From a virus (taxonomy: Duplodnaviria; Heunggongvirae; Uroviricota; Caudoviricetes), in the IMG/VR virus record IMGVR_UViG_3300026549_000033, positions 64,001-128,000 of that record: DNA of 64,000 nt, one strand, 5' to 3'. Positions 62,344 to 64,000 of this stretch are shown one piece after another. A model generated the notes under the pieces. The model searched no databases, was not told the DNA's origin, and worked only from the letters and a program-made list of their open reading frames with translations. The translations under genes were made by a program, and so were the position numbers. Position 1 is the stretch's first letter; the number at the start of each line of letters is the position of its first letter.

Positions 62344-62721
62344 CTACACCTCCTGCTTATAATAGCCCTCACCTACTTTAAGGACACTCATTTCTATAAC
62401 ATCTCCAAGTAATTCTGTAATTTTGTTCACAGTACTTAGGTCTTCTACTTTAGCTGTAATACTTAAAGTGTAAACCCCCTCTGACATGCGCTCTCTATTG
62501 GCTTCCACTTTCACAGCATTCCCTACATTCATTGATCTATAGAAGTCTATGCCAAAATTACTTAAAGCTTTTATAATACTCTTAGGAACTTCTCTTTGTC
62601 CTTTTTCAATCATAGCTATAATTTGCTGGACAGAACCAAGCTTTTGTGCAAATTCCCTTTGGGTTAAACCCATTTTATATCTTATATCTCTTAGAAGTTT
62701 TCCTTCAGTTATTTCAGCCAT
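62344..62721 (-). CDS. XRE-family HTH DNA-binding protein
   Basis: LRDIRYKMGLTQREFAQKLG...IAMIEKGQR. Confidence 0.85.
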   Translation of the reverse strand: MAEITEGKLLRDIRYKMGLTQREFAQKLGSVQQIIAMIEKGQREVPKSIIKALSNFGIDFYRSMNVGNAVKVEANRERMSEGVYTLSITAKVEDLSTVNKITELLGDVIEMSVLKVGEGYYKQEV

Positions 62722-63945
62722 TTACACCTCCTGTAAAAAATCTTTCAACTTTGTAATTCTTGGTCTATAACTGTTATTCTCTATACATTTATCCACTAAG
62801 TAAGGTTTCGTTAATATGTAAACTTTACTCTTACCCCTACTTACAGCTGTATAAAGTAGCCTTCTTATATGTAAGAAGCTATTCACAGAGGTATCATCAA
62901 GTATTACAAATACCACTTTGTACTCTGAACCCTGACTTGCATGAACCGTAGAAGCATAGGATAAAGTAAGCTCAGCAACATCTAACCTGTTATAAGGGAC
63001 TAACCTATCCCCGTAATCAACAAGCATAATGTCTTCTTCTGAGTCGTAGCTTAAAATTACACCCGTCTCACCATTAAAAACGTCCTTCTTATAGTTATTT
63101 TGCGTGTGCCTTACCTTGTCCCCGACTTTATAGCCCTCAAGAGCTTCTTTACCTTTAGCATTCATCTCTTTCTGAAGTATAGTGTTAAGGTTATTCATGC
63201 CTATTTCCCCTTTCTTATAAGGAGCTATAACCTGAACCTCATTTAACCCTACAGCTTTTACTTCTGCTTTATACAAAGGTAAAAACTTTTCCTTAAGCTC
63301 ATCAGCAGTTCCGAATTCCTCATAAAGAAAATCTTCTTTCTCTACAGGCTCAAATACCTTTCCGTTATTTATCATGGAACAGTACTTAATAATACTACTA
63401 TTTTCCTGTTGTCTCATAATGTCTGTCAATAAAGAAACATGAACATTCTCAGAATCTATAGTATCTCCTAAAACGTTCCCTGCTTGAACCGAAGGAAGTT
63501 GGTTATTATCCCCTACTAAAAGAACTCTTGTACTCATTGTAGCTCCTTTAAGTAAGTTATTAAACAAAATAATATCCATCATACTTGCTTCGTCTATTAT
63601 AAGAACTGTATCTTTTATATAGTCCTCATAAAGGTGAGAGTCACCGTCTTTAGTCATTTTAAGAAACTTGTGAATAGTTCTTGCTTCACCGCCTGTGCAC
63701 TCTTCGAGTCTTCTTGCAGCTTTAGCAGTAGGACTTAATAGTACTACGTTAAACCCACATCTACTATAAATCCTGTAAAGTGCCTTTGTAATACTTGACT
63801 TTCCTGAACCTGCCGGTCCTGACAGAACTGCCACATTTGTGTTTAAGCAATCATGAACCGCTTTTTTCTGCTGTTCGTTTAAAGTATAGGGGAAATTCCC
63901 TATTTCCTCTTCTACAATATCTTCTTTTATCTTCTTACTTGGCAT
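62722..63945 (-). CDS. RecD/Dda-like SF1B helicase
   Basis: GPAGSGKS, IIDEASM, VGDNNQLPSV, TVHASQGSEY, LLYTAVSR. Confidence 0.9.
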   Translation of the reverse strand: MPSKKIKEDIVEEEIGNFPYTLNEQQKKAVHDCLNTNVAVLSGPAGSGKSSITKALYRIYSRCGFNVVLLSPTAKAARRLEECTGGEARTIHKFLKMTKDGDSHLYEDYIKDTVLIIDEASMMDIILFNNLLKGATMSTRVLLVGDNNQLPSVQAGNVLGDTIDSENVHVSLLTDIMRQQENSSIIKYCSMINNGKVFEPVEKEDFLYEEFGTADELKEKFLPLYKAEVKAVGLNEVQVIAPYKKGEIGMNNLNTILQKEMNAKGKEALEGYKVGDKVRHTQNNYKKDVFNGETGVILSYDSEEDIMLVDYGDRLVPYNRLDVAELTLSYASTVHASQGSEYKVVFVILDDTSVNSFLHIRRLLYTAVSRGKSKVYILTKPYLVDKCIENNSYRPRITKLKDFLQEV

Positions 63946-64000
63946 ATAAGACTTCTCAAGAGACTTAACTTTCTCAGCTATTTCCCTTTCTATATCTAAG

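Noticed and set aside
1482-62951. Many short antisense ORFs in the track nested opposite longer genes
   Set aside because: Shadow frames of genes that have clear RBSs on the other strand.

Overview
Segment of a large, AT-rich phage genome, probably lytic; no cellular housekeeping operons are present. The host is inferred, not shown, to be a Melainabacteria/Gastranaerophilales-like bacterium. 1-13.9 kb: two orphan DNA methyltransferases, a tandem GroES-like protein, an HNH nuclease, a HAD phosphatase, a multi-zinc-ribbon regulator and a 3D-domain protein. This part also holds an RNA island (3.1-7.3 kb) with 7 canonical tRNAs, a tmRNA, two tRNA-like oddities and several ORF-free, helix-rich stretches of 115-700 nt. 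13.9-14.45 kb: a G-rich/C-rich switch between divergent promoters. 14.5-43.3 kb: an early/host-takeover-type array of small genes, most behind their own copy of a TAACCTTG-promoter-RBS repeat (about 48 copies by manual count). The repeats fall into two leader classes (A: TGAGGTAAACAAAATG; B: AAGGAGTTAAAATCATG) separated by a 1.4 kb non-coding gap. Most striking are sequences complementary to these shared leaders. One is a stand-alone ~74-nt sRNA gene at 23.26 kb; the others are 3'-UTR elements between stop codons and terminators. Together they suggest antisense control of whole gene banks through their common RBS. 46-64 kb: metallophosphoesterase, Mrr-like nuclease, thioredoxin, P-loop kinase, a junction repeat and a RecD-like helicase. 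All structures and counts were read by eye, not computed.
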